A DNA stretch of 26,909 nt from a bacterium. GTDB lineage: Bacteria > Patescibacteriota > Minisyncoccia > JAHIHE01 > DAOWLE01. The stretch spans positions 1 to 26,909 of the forward strand of contig DAOWLE010000025.1 of assembly GCA_030643545.1 (NCBI GenBank), given 5' to 3'. The notes under the pieces are model-generated. The model did no database searches and was not told the origin of the DNA. It was given only the letters and a program-made list of their open reading frames with translations. The position numbers and the translations under genes are program-made. Positions 8,761 to 15,107 of the stretch are shown in pieces. The first letter of the stretch is position 1. Every line of letters begins with the position of its first letter.

Positions 8761-9696
8761 ATGGTTGCAATAGAAACATTAGCGTGGTTATCAGTAATTA
8801 TTGCGCTAATGTTAATATCTTCTTTTTCTTTGATAATCTATATGGTTCTTTTCAGAAAAAAACAACCAACTCCCCAACAACCAATTCCAGATGAAGAATC
8901 CGACCAACCCGAAGCCCAACAACCCGAACAGCAATCTGAAACAGCAACACCCAGAAAACTTCCAATTGGAAAAGTAATCGCCACGATTCTTGTGATAGCG
9001 ATAATAGCAATACCACTCGGGATATTTTTTTCTCTTCCCGGAGATACTAGCGATAAAATCGAAAAAGGGAAAGATACAATTGCAAAGATTACAGGAAAAC
9101 AAGAAATTCCAGATATTCCAGTAGAATGCGTTGATTATCTCTACGATTTCAGCAACCAGTCGCAAATGAACAAAGTGAAAACAAGCGATTATACAGAAAT
9201 ATCAGTAAAAAACGAAAAATTAATAGTAAGAGCAGAAAATAAAGACGAAACTGCAACGATATATCTTGCGCTTGACAATAAATTCCAAAAGCGAAAAGCA
9301 ATAAAAATACAAGCAATAGCAAGAATTAATGGATTAAACAACGCAAAATGCGGTCTCGGATCTGTTATTAAAGACAGTATTCTACGAAGAACAGTTTTTA
9401 ATGGAAAAGAAATAGATTTTTTTCCAGACGGAGAAAATTTTAATTTTCCAGATAATCGCGCTGAAAACGGAGAATACGAAATTGCTTTCGCAAGAATAAT
9501 CAGCAACGATAATAAAACAGCAAAACTTAGAGCTCTGGTTAATCCATCATTCGGCGAAAAATACGAAGAAATATCATCGCCATACGATTTATTTTTAGAA
9601 AAAAATCTAAGCAATATAGGAATAGATTTTTACAGCGATAACAGAGAAAGCCAGTTAGAAATTTCAGAAATAAGAATTTACGCCAGTGAGAATTAA
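8761..9696 (+). CDS. hypothetical 2-TM membrane protein, translationally coupled partner of the SPFH protein
   Basis: 311 aa. Its ATG lies 4 nt after the SPFH stop and is preceded by AGGAGG. It has two TM helices separated by a Pro/Gln/Glu-rich linker, then a ~200-aa extracytoplasmic domain. No clear NfeD OB-fold motifs were recognised. Confidence 0.6.
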   Translation: MVAIETLAWLSVIIALMLISSFSLIIYMVLFRKKQPTPQQPIPDEESDQPEAQQPEQQSETATPRKLPIGKVIATILVIAIIAIPLGIFFSLPGDTSDKIEKGKDTIAKITGKQEIPDIPVECVDYLYDFSNQSQMNKVKTSDYTEISVKNEKLIVRAENKDETATIYLALDNKFQKRKAIKIQAIARINGLNNAKCGLGSVIKDSILRRTVFNGKEIDFFPDGENFNFPDNRAENGEYEIAFARIISNDNKTAKLRALVNPSFGEKYEEISSPYDLFLEKNLSNIGIDFYSDNRESQLEISEIRIYASEN

Positions 9697-9825
9697 CGAA
9701 AATAAACCACCTAAAAATTCAACAAAGTTTAGCAGGAAATTGGTTGATCAACAAATCAATACCGCCTGCTATTTTTTTTATTTGGAAAACACAAATCCCC
9801 CTAACCCCCTTTAAAAAGGGGGAAC

Positions 9826-9880
9826 AGATTCCGAAACAAGTTCGGAATGACAGAAGAAAATTCGGAATGACAAATTAAAC
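9826..9880. repeat. palindromic GGAATGACAGAAGAA-type element, intergenic copy
   Basis: gattccgaaacaagttcggaatgacagaagaaaattcggaatgaca has palindromic arms attccgaa/ttcggaat and a duplicated ggaatgaca(gaagaa) unit. A near-identical architecture lies at 13635-13740 inside pilD. Confidence 0.7.
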
Positions 9881-9888
9881 CAAAAACA

Positions 9889-9931
9889 AAACAGATACCT
9901 AAAAAATCTCCCTTAAAGGCATCTGTTTTTA
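9889..9931. terminator. bidirectional rho-independent terminator candidate between convergent operons
   Basis: Hairpin acagatacc...ggcatctgt is flanked by an A-run upstream and a T-run downstream. It is positioned after the plus-strand SPFH operon and after the minus-strand gene ending at 9953. Additional hairpins at 9731-9770 (agcagg...cctgct followed by T8) and 9808-9826 (ccccc...ggggg) lie in the same zone. Confidence 0.5.
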
Positions 9932-9952
9932 TTTTTTAAATATTTTATTTTA

Positions 9953-10396
9953 TTACTGTGTAACAAAACCAATAATTAGTTGTACGATCGCGTAAGATAA
10001 AGCGGCAATCAATAATCCGAAAAGAGCAGAGACCAACGCCTTTTTTGCATTCTCTACCTTTGTTTCATCTCCTCCGGCAGTTAGATAAGTCAAACCTCCG
10101 TAAGCGAACATAAAGATGGACATCAGAACAATAAAACCGACCACCCATTTAACAATTTTTTCAACAATTGTTATAAAATCAGTTTCAGTGCCGGCGTACC
10201 CGACATCGCCCGGGTTTGGCATTGTTAAGCCACTTCCTGAGCTGCTTCCCGAGCCGCTTCCTGGTATGGCATTCCCATACTGATCATAAGTCACAGCCTG
10301 AATATCAGAAACTAACGATAAACCAAAAACTGGTCCGGCTAATAATCCAAACATAAAAACAACCATCATTATTTTTCCAATTTTTCCCATTTTCAT
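9953..10396 (-). CDS. small secreted protein with TrbC/VirB2-like (T4SS-pilin-like) C-terminal double-TM domain (P1)
   Basis: The track ORF starts at 10411. The GGAGGTG there is better read as the Shine-Dalgarno for the ATG at 10396 (MKMGKIGK...). The product has a signal peptide/TM, a Gly/Ser linker and a C-terminal hairpin of two hydrophobic helices. That C-terminus carries the motif AYGGLTYLTAGGDETKVENAKKALVSALFGLLIAALSYAIV. The two downstream paralogs share this motif. Confidence 0.6.
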   Translation of the reverse strand: MKMGKIGKIMMVVFMFGLLAGPVFGLSLVSDIQAVTYDQYGNAIPGSGSGSSSGSGLTMPNPGDVGYAGTETDFITIVEKIVKWVVGFIVLMSIFMFAYGGLTYLTAGGDETKVENAKKALVSALFGLLIAALSYAIVQLIIGFVTQ

Positions 10397-10517
10397 TTTA
10401 TTCACCTCCAATCGCGTAATTTATTCCCGATTTTGTCGGGACTATAAATTACAGCGTCCCGCCCTTTTGGCTTAAACCAAAAGAGCGGGGCAACATTTTT
10501 TAATTTAGAAAATAAAA

Positions 10518-11393
10518 TTATCCCGCGAGAATATCAACCAATGTATTCACAATCGCGTACGCCAGGACAACAACTAAAAGTCCTAAAATAGCGTAAGTCA
10601 ACGCTTTTTTTGCTGTATCAGCTTTCTGCTGATCCCCGGCGGAAATCATATACATTGCCCCGCTTATAATAATCATTAAAATCGCGATTAAAATTACAAT
10701 TTTTAAAAGCCACTTAATTAAATCCTCAAGAATTTCAGAAAGCGGTTTGCTCGAAAGATTTACTGTTGAACCGCTGCTTGTTGATGCCGGTTCTTGAACA
10801 GTTATTCCGCCATTGCCTGTTGGAAGTTGTGAGGTTGTAGGAGTTGTGGGAATTGTGGGAGTTGTGGGAATTGCATTTGCGTTTGTTGGAAGCTGTGGAA
10901 CAGTTGAAGCTATTTGACAAGTTCCTTCGTAGCAACAAACACCACTAGTACAATGCCTTGGACCGCTTGGTACAACACTAACACCCCCCGTACATTCACT
11001 TATATCAATGCATTCTTGACCACCTACAGATTCGCAATCAGTTAGAGGAGGAGTTGAAGACGTTTTACATTTTCCATTAATGCAACCGTTCGGACAATCA
11101 TCCACTTTAAAAAGAGATTGATTACAATCACAAGTCATCCCCCCCCATCCTTTTTTACAACCAAATCTAACTGATTTTTGATTATTTTCAACGCAAAAAG
11201 CATAATCGTAATTGTTTTCGTCGTCGCAATCATCACGGCTACCAGCGCACCAATCATTAGCTGTCATTCCATCATAAGTAATATTATTATCACTACAACG
11301 ATAATCTTTAGCAGAAACTTTCTCTCCCACTCCCAAAATTCCCAAACAACTCACCATTAAAATTAAAGTAAATAATAAAATTTTTTTGTTCAT
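10518..11393 (-). CDS. secreted Cys-rich protein with Pro/Thr linker and TrbC/VirB2-like C-terminal double-TM domain (P2)
   Basis: 291 aa with a Sec signal peptide (cleavage near VSA-KD). The ~140-aa domain has about 20 Cys (KDYRCSDNNITYDG...GCKKGWGGMTCDC...). A PT-rich linker (IPTTPTIPTTPTT) follows. The C-terminus carries GAMYMISAGDQQKADTAKKALTYAILGLLVVVLAYAIV. The N-terminal domain is paralogous to 11848..13083. Confidence 0.65.
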   Translation of the reverse strand: MNKKILLFTLILMVSCLGILGVGEKVSAKDYRCSDNNITYDGMTANDWCAGSRDDCDDENNYDYAFCVENNQKSVRFGCKKGWGGMTCDCNQSLFKVDDCPNGCINGKCKTSSTPPLTDCESVGGQECIDISECTGGVSVVPSGPRHCTSGVCCYEGTCQIASTVPQLPTNANAIPTTPTIPTTPTTSQLPTGNGGITVQEPASTSSGSTVNLSSKPLSEILEDLIKWLLKIVILIAILMIIISGAMYMISAGDQQKADTAKKALTYAILGLLVVVLAYAIVNTLVDILAG

Positions 11394-11400
11394 AAAACAA

Positions 11401-11439
11401 TGATTTATGATTTAAGATTTATGATTTACGAATGATTTA
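11401..11439. repeat. gatttaYgattta repeat between the P2 start and the 3' end of the four-helix-bundle gene
   Basis: tgatttatgatttaagatttatgatttacgaatgattta lies 7 nt upstream of the P2 ATG and overlaps the last codons (FVNHKS*) of the four-helix-bundle gene. An inverted copy lies at 11823-11845 on the other side of that gene. Confidence 0.7.
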
Positions 11440-11798
11440 GTTTTTTGAATTAATCCTTGTAAAAGTTGATGAGCTGAATTTATTTGATCTACTAATTTAT
11501 TAAAATTTTCTTCGTTAAGATAATTGACATCTTTAGCGATCAAAATTTGGTTTTTTAATTCAATCAAAGAACCTTGCGCAATATAATAAAACTGGACTTT
11601 TTCTTTATAAGTTTGTCTTCCAAATCCTTCAGCAATATTCGATGTGATAGAGACAACTGCTCTTCGCATTTGACTGACTAATCCGAATATTTCTTCTTTC
11701 GGAAATTCCTTTGTGATTTTATAAACTAAAATTACTATTTGATGTCCTTCTTGCCATGTTTTTAAATCTGTAAATGATTTTATTTTTTGATTATTCAT
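11412..11798 (-). CDS. four-helix-bundle protein (23S rRNA intervening-sequence protein family)
   Basis: 128 aa with DLKTWQEGHQIVILVYKITKEFPKEE...SQMRRAVVSITSNIAEGFGR..YKEKVQFYYIAQGSLIEL. These are the characteristic helices and the WQ..h/NIAEG motifs of the TIGR02436 / 23S_rRNA_IVP family. Confidence 0.75.
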   Translation of the reverse strand: MNNQKIKSFTDLKTWQEGHQIVILVYKITKEFPKEEIFGLVSQMRRAVVSITSNIAEGFGRQTYKEKVQFYYIAQGSLIELKNQILIAKDVNYLNEENFNKLVDQINSAHQLLQGLIQKTKSFVNHKS

Positions 11799-11822
11799 AA
11801 ATCGTCAATTCCTTAATCCTAT

Positions 11823-11845
11823 TCTTAAATCATAAATCGTAAATC
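11823..11845. repeat. inverted copy of the gatttaYgattta repeat, upstream of the four-helix-bundle gene
   Basis: tcttaaatcataaatcgtaaatc is the reverse complement of the repeat family found at 7042, 11401 and 22273. Together with 11401-11439 it brackets the four-helix-bundle gene as an inverted pair. Confidence 0.65.
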
Positions 11846-11847
11846 TT

Positions 11848-13083
11848 CTATTGAACTCCCAAAATATCTTTTAACTCCGTAATAATTGACCAAGATAAAA
11901 TAACAACTCCCAGTCCCACAACAGCGTAAAGAATTATATTTTTCGCTTTTTTAATTCTTTCCTCGTCGCCGGCAGAAGTAATATACATTAATCCGCCGAT
12001 AATTAAAAATAAAATTGCCAAAGAAACCACAATTCCCAAAATCCAATTGATAATTCCCATAATCAGCGCCTCAAAACTATCAGTGCTTAAAGGATTATTA
12101 AACCTAACCGCTCCGCCACTACCACCAGTATTGCTTCCACCCATACCACCTCCATTATTAACCGTTCCTCCGCCGCCCTCGTTACAATCAGAACCAGAAA
12201 CACAACGAATTTTTCCTTTGGATTTTCCATTACATGTTCCTTCGCAACTACTTGGTCCGCATATTTCAGCTTCTTGATTATCACATTCATCATCAGGATT
12301 ACAACCAATATTTATCCAATAACAAGGATTTGGAGTAGTTGTTGAAATAGGATTACATTGCCCTATACAACAAACTCTACTACCAGAACATCCTGATACG
12401 TCTAATTTTTCTTGCGAACATGTATTTTTATTTAAATCACAACAACTTCCTCCTGCGTCAGAACAAGTTTGAGTTTTTGGAACACAACTTTCTGGCTGAC
12501 AACAAGTACCGCTGGAACATTCTCTCGGACCTTCAAATACAACTTTTGAACAATTATTTGTTCTCAAATCACAACATATTTGACCACTTACAGATTCGCA
12601 CTTACAATATTTTTCCTTACAACAAAAACCGCTGGAACATTCTCTCGGACCACTTGCTACAAAACCGCTACAGTCTTTCTCATCACAACATACTTGACCG
12701 CTTACAGATTCGCAAGCAGTCGCCGGAGGAGTTGAAGACATTTTGCATTTTCCATTCACGCAACCGTTCGGACAATCATCCACTTTAATAAAACTACAAT
12801 CACAAGTCATCCCCCCCCATCCTTTTTTACAACCAAATTGAACTGATTTTTGATTATTTTCAACGCAAAAAGCATAATCGTAATTGTTTTCGTCGTCGCA
12901 ATCATCGCCCCAAATGCCTCCTGCGCACAAATCGTTAGCTGTCCTCCCATTATAAGTAATATTATTATTATCACAACGATAATCTTTAGCAAAAATTTCT
13001 CCCCCCACTCCCAAAATTCCGAAACAGCTCGCCATTAAAATTAAAGTAAATAAAAAGTTTTTGTTTTGAAATAAATTTTTCAT
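11848..13083 (-). CDS. secreted Cys-rich protein with duplicated Cys modules, Gly-rich segment and TrbC/VirB2-like C-terminal double-TM domain (P3)
   Basis: 411 aa. A signal peptide is followed by an N-terminal domain near-identical to P2. Nucleotide blocks around 12780-13020 and 11100-11340 are almost identical. Internal repeated modules are CESVSGQ(V/I)CCD...GPRECSSG(F/T)CC. The run GGGGTVNNGGGMGGSNTGGSGG is Gly-rich. The C-terminus carries GGLMYITSAGDEERIKKAKNIILYAVVGLGVVILSWSII. Confidence 0.65.
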   Translation of the reverse strand: MKNLFQNKNFLFTLILMASCFGILGVGGEIFAKDYRCDNNNITYNGRTANDLCAGGIWGDDCDDENNYDYAFCVENNQKSVQFGCKKGWGGMTCDCSFIKVDDCPNGCVNGKCKMSSTPPATACESVSGQVCCDEKDCSGFVASGPRECSSGFCCKEKYCKCESVSGQICCDLRTNNCSKVVFEGPRECSSGTCCQPESCVPKTQTCSDAGGSCCDLNKNTCSQEKLDVSGCSGSRVCCIGQCNPISTTTPNPCYWINIGCNPDDECDNQEAEICGPSSCEGTCNGKSKGKIRCVSGSDCNEGGGGTVNNGGGMGGSNTGGSGGAVRFNNPLSTDSFEALIMGIINWILGIVVSLAILFLIIGGLMYITSAGDEERIKKAKNIILYAVVGLGVVILSWSIITELKDILGVQ

Positions 13084-13123
13084 ATTGATATTTTATCTCT
13101 TTATTTGATTATAACTCATTTAT

Positions 13124-14026
13124 TTAAAAAATCAAACTAAAATAAATATCTTTTATAATTTCTCCCCAGAGCATCATTATAATCGTTGCCGCGACTAAGA
13201 AGGGTCCAAAAGGAATCTGGCTTTTGATAGATTTTATTTTTAAACCGATGAGAATTAAACCGATTGCCGCGCCCAAAATAAAAGCAAGGAATAGAGCAAA
13301 AAGAATATTTGGCCAACCGAGAATAAGTCCCATTAAAAAAGCCAATTTAACATCGCCAAATCCCATCCATTGACCTTTTGATATTAAAATTATTAGAAAG
13401 AAAAATCCAGCGGCGATGATAGCAGAGAAAATAGTATTTAGTATATCGTATATTGTATATTGTATAAAAATACCAGATACTAAATACCAGATACTAAATA
13501 CCAAAATAGCTGGAAAAATTATTTTGTCTGGAATAATGTAATGTTTTAAATCGTATACAAAAATTACTATTAGAGAACAAAGAATGAAAAGCAAAGAACA
13601 AAAAGCAATGAACAATGAACAGAAATTTAAAAGATTGTCATTCCCAACTTGATTGGGAATCCAGGCAGATAAGAAATGATTTGAATACTGGATTCCCGCC
13701 TGCGCGGGAATGACAGAAGAAGCGGGAATGACAGAAGAAAAAAAACCTAAAAAATTAAAAAATAAAACAAACAATATTCCTGTTCCTATTTCCACTAATG
13801 GATACTGAATTGAAATTGGTTTTCCGCAGTATCGGCATTTGCCAAAAGTGGAAATAAAACTTAAAATCGGAATCAAATCAAACCATTTCAAATTTTTTTT
13901 ACAATGCGGACAGCGCGAGCGAGAGAAAAAAAATTCTTCTTTTGTTTTCAAACGGCAGATAACAACATTTAAAAAACTGCCGACAATAAGCCCGAAGATA
14001 AAAATAAAGAAAGAAATAACAAACAT
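13124..14026 (-). CDS. pilD: prepilin peptidase (A24 family) carrying an in-frame repeat-derived insertion
   Basis: 300 aa. The N-terminal Zn-binding tetracysteine motif is CPHCKK...CRYCGK. The LNVVICRL and YPLVE motifs are present. The catalytic region VYDLKHYIIPD is followed by the downstream multi-TM A24 domain (GFGDVKL). About 45 extra residues (SSVIPASSVIPAQAGIQ...) lie between TM2 and the first catalytic Asp. These are encoded by the palindromic repeat at 13635-13740. Confidence 0.8.
   Translation of the reverse strand: MFVISFFIFIFGLIVGSFLNVVICRLKTKEEFFFSRSRCPHCKKNLKWFDLIPILSFISTFGKCRYCGKPISIQYPLVEIGTGILFVLFFNFLGFFSSVIPASSVIPAQAGIQYSNHFLSAWIPNQVGNDNLLNFCSLFIAFCSLLFILCSLIVIFVYDLKHYIIPDKIIFPAILVFSIWYLVSGIFIQYTIYDILNTIFSAIIAAGFFFLIILISKGQWMGFGDVKLAFLMGLILGWPNILFALFLAFILGAAIGLILIGLKIKSIKSQIPFGPFLVAATIIMMLWGEIIKDIYFSLIF
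13635..13740. repeat. palindromic GGAATGACAGAAGAA-type element inserted in-frame inside pilD
   Basis: ttgtcattcccaacttgattgggaatccagg...ctggattcccgcctgcgcgggaatgacagaagaagcgggaatgacagaagaa. Palindromic arms are attccca/tgggaat and ttcccgc/gcgggaa, with a duplicated gggaatgacagaagaa unit. The architecture matches the intergenic copy at 9826-9880. On the coding strand it translates as FFFSSVIPASSVIPAQAGIQ. Confidence 0.7.
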
Positions 14027-14027
14027 A

Positions 14028-14534
14028 TCAATAGTATCCTCCTTTTAAAACATAAGCTCCGCCAAATTCCAACCAACAGCCAAGATAATATCCGCAGCAT
14101 CCTTTTCCAGTGCAATCGCCGCCGATGTTTTCGTCGCAGTCCGGCTCATACCAATAATAATAAGCGGAATTATTAAAAGGATCTTTTGGAAGTATTCTAA
14201 TAATTTGATTGTCAGTAACTAATTTATCCCAAATTCCGCTGGTAACAGACCAATTATTTCCAGAGCAAGGACAAGTTCCGCATGTTCCCATACTGCTGTC
14301 GCATCCACCTTCTTCTGGATATTTTCCGGCTGCCGGATTGTCATAATAATAAATGTCTAATGCTTTTTGAATTTCTGCCAAATCAGTTTTCCGTACAGCG
14401 TCACGCGCTTTTTTCTGGGCATTGCCGACAGCAATAAAAACAACCATCGCCAGCATAGCAACAATTGTTATCACAAATAATACTTCTATAAGAGTAAAGC
14501 CAGTTTTTTTATTTGTATTTTTTTTGTTTTTCAT
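14028..14534 (-). CDS. prepilin-type (class III signal) Cys-rich pilin/pseudopilin
   Basis: 168 aa with KKTGFTLIEVLFVITIVAMLA. This is the G|FTLIE prepilin cleavage/methylation motif with Glu+5, then the hydrophobic alpha1 helix. The globular domain has 9 Cys and a Tyr-rich C-terminus. The gene abuts the pilD start by 1 nt. Confidence 0.8.
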   Translation of the reverse strand: MKNKKNTNKKTGFTLIEVLFVITIVAMLAMVVFIAVGNAQKKARDAVRKTDLAEIQKALDIYYYDNPAAGKYPEEGGCDSSMGTCGTCPCSGNNWSVTSGIWDKLVTDNQIIRILPKDPFNNSAYYYWYEPDCDENIGGDCTGKGCCGYYLGCWLEFGGAYVLKGGYY

Positions 14535-14565
14535 TTGGATTTTGAAATCTCCCCTTTTATTTAAT

Positions 14566-14595
14566 TAGCGGAGTAGGAATTTCCCCGCTCCGCTA
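14566..14595. other. GC-rich hairpin (tagcggag...ctccgcta) between the two pilin genes; possible terminator/attenuator
   Basis: 8-bp perfect stem with a 14-nt loop, downstream of pilin 14645..15079 on the minus strand. There is no clean U-run, so terminator function is uncertain. TATAAT-like sequences follow at about 14603-14612. Confidence 0.35.
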
Positions 14596-14644
14596 AATAA
14601 AAATATTATATAATCCTCGCGAGAATTTTAAATGAGAATTAAAT

Positions 14645-15079
14645 TTAATAACAAGCGCCATTAGAGCAAGTCCATGTTCCGGATTTAAGCGCTCCTGTCA
14701 GAGTATAACTAGTTACAGTTCCAGTATATTTGTAATTAGTAGCAGTTACTGGATGATCAGGCAAACGTTGGATATAAACCGTAGCGCCAGTAGAATCTTG
14801 TAATTTAAAACCGCTACAAATATTACCATTTGTAGCAGCACTGGCAATAAGACCATCAGCGCAAGTACCAACACCAGCTTCATATTCAGAATTATCCGCG
14901 TAATACATTTCCATTCCCAACATAATCTGGCTTAAATCTGATTTAACTTTCGCGTCGTTAGCTTTATTCCTCGCGTTATTTAAGGAAACCAAAACAATCG
15001 TCGCTAAAAGACCGATAATGGCGATAACAACCAAAAGCTCAATTAAAGTAAAACCTCGCTTATTTGTTTTTAACATCAT
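14645..15079 (-). CDS. pilA: type IV major pilin candidate (prepilin-type N-terminal domain)
   Basis: 144 aa with KRGFTLIELLVVIAIIGLLATIVLVSL, a canonical class III signal with G-1/F+1/E+5. Has a C-terminal disulfide loop (CSNGAC), small size and a Ser/Thr/Gly-rich domain typical of major pilins. It is the first gene after pilC. Confidence 0.8.
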   Translation of the reverse strand: MMLKTNKRGFTLIELLVVIAIIGLLATIVLVSLNNARNKANDAKVKSDLSQIMLGMEMYYADNSEYEAGVGTCADGLIASAATNGNICSGFKLQDSTGATVYIQRLPDHPVTATNYKYTGTVTSYTLTGALKSGTWTCSNGACY

Positions 15080-15107
15080 TTATTTCACCTCCCCTCGTTG
15101 AAAAATT

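Noticed and set aside
8812-9614. Minus-strand ORFs 8812..9165 and 9189..9614
   Set aside because: Antisense to the plus-strand 311-aa membrane protein gene, which has a coupled start and an AGGAGG ribosome-binding site. There is no signal supporting independent genes.
9731-9780. agcagg...cctgct hairpin followed by T8 as the main terminator of the SPFH operon
   Set aside because: The stem is only 6 bp with a 28-nt loop. It was kept only as a weak candidate inside the broader terminator zone, not called as a separate feature.
10840-10876. Short tandem nucleotide repeat ggagttgtgggaattgtgggagttgtgggaattg as a separate repeat element
   Set aside because: It simply encodes the in-frame Pro/Thr linker (IPTTPTIPTTPTT) of P2. 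It is a coding low-complexity linker, not a mobile or regulatory repeat.
12047-12992. ORFs 12047..12277 (+, proline-rich), 12087..12308 (-), 12420..12788 (+), 12807..12992 (-), 12850..13038 (+) and 11178..11360 (+)
   Set aside because: All are alternative-frame or antisense readings of the Cys/Gly-codon-rich P2 and P3 genes. The proline-rich peptide arises from reading GGN/CCN runs on the opposite strand.
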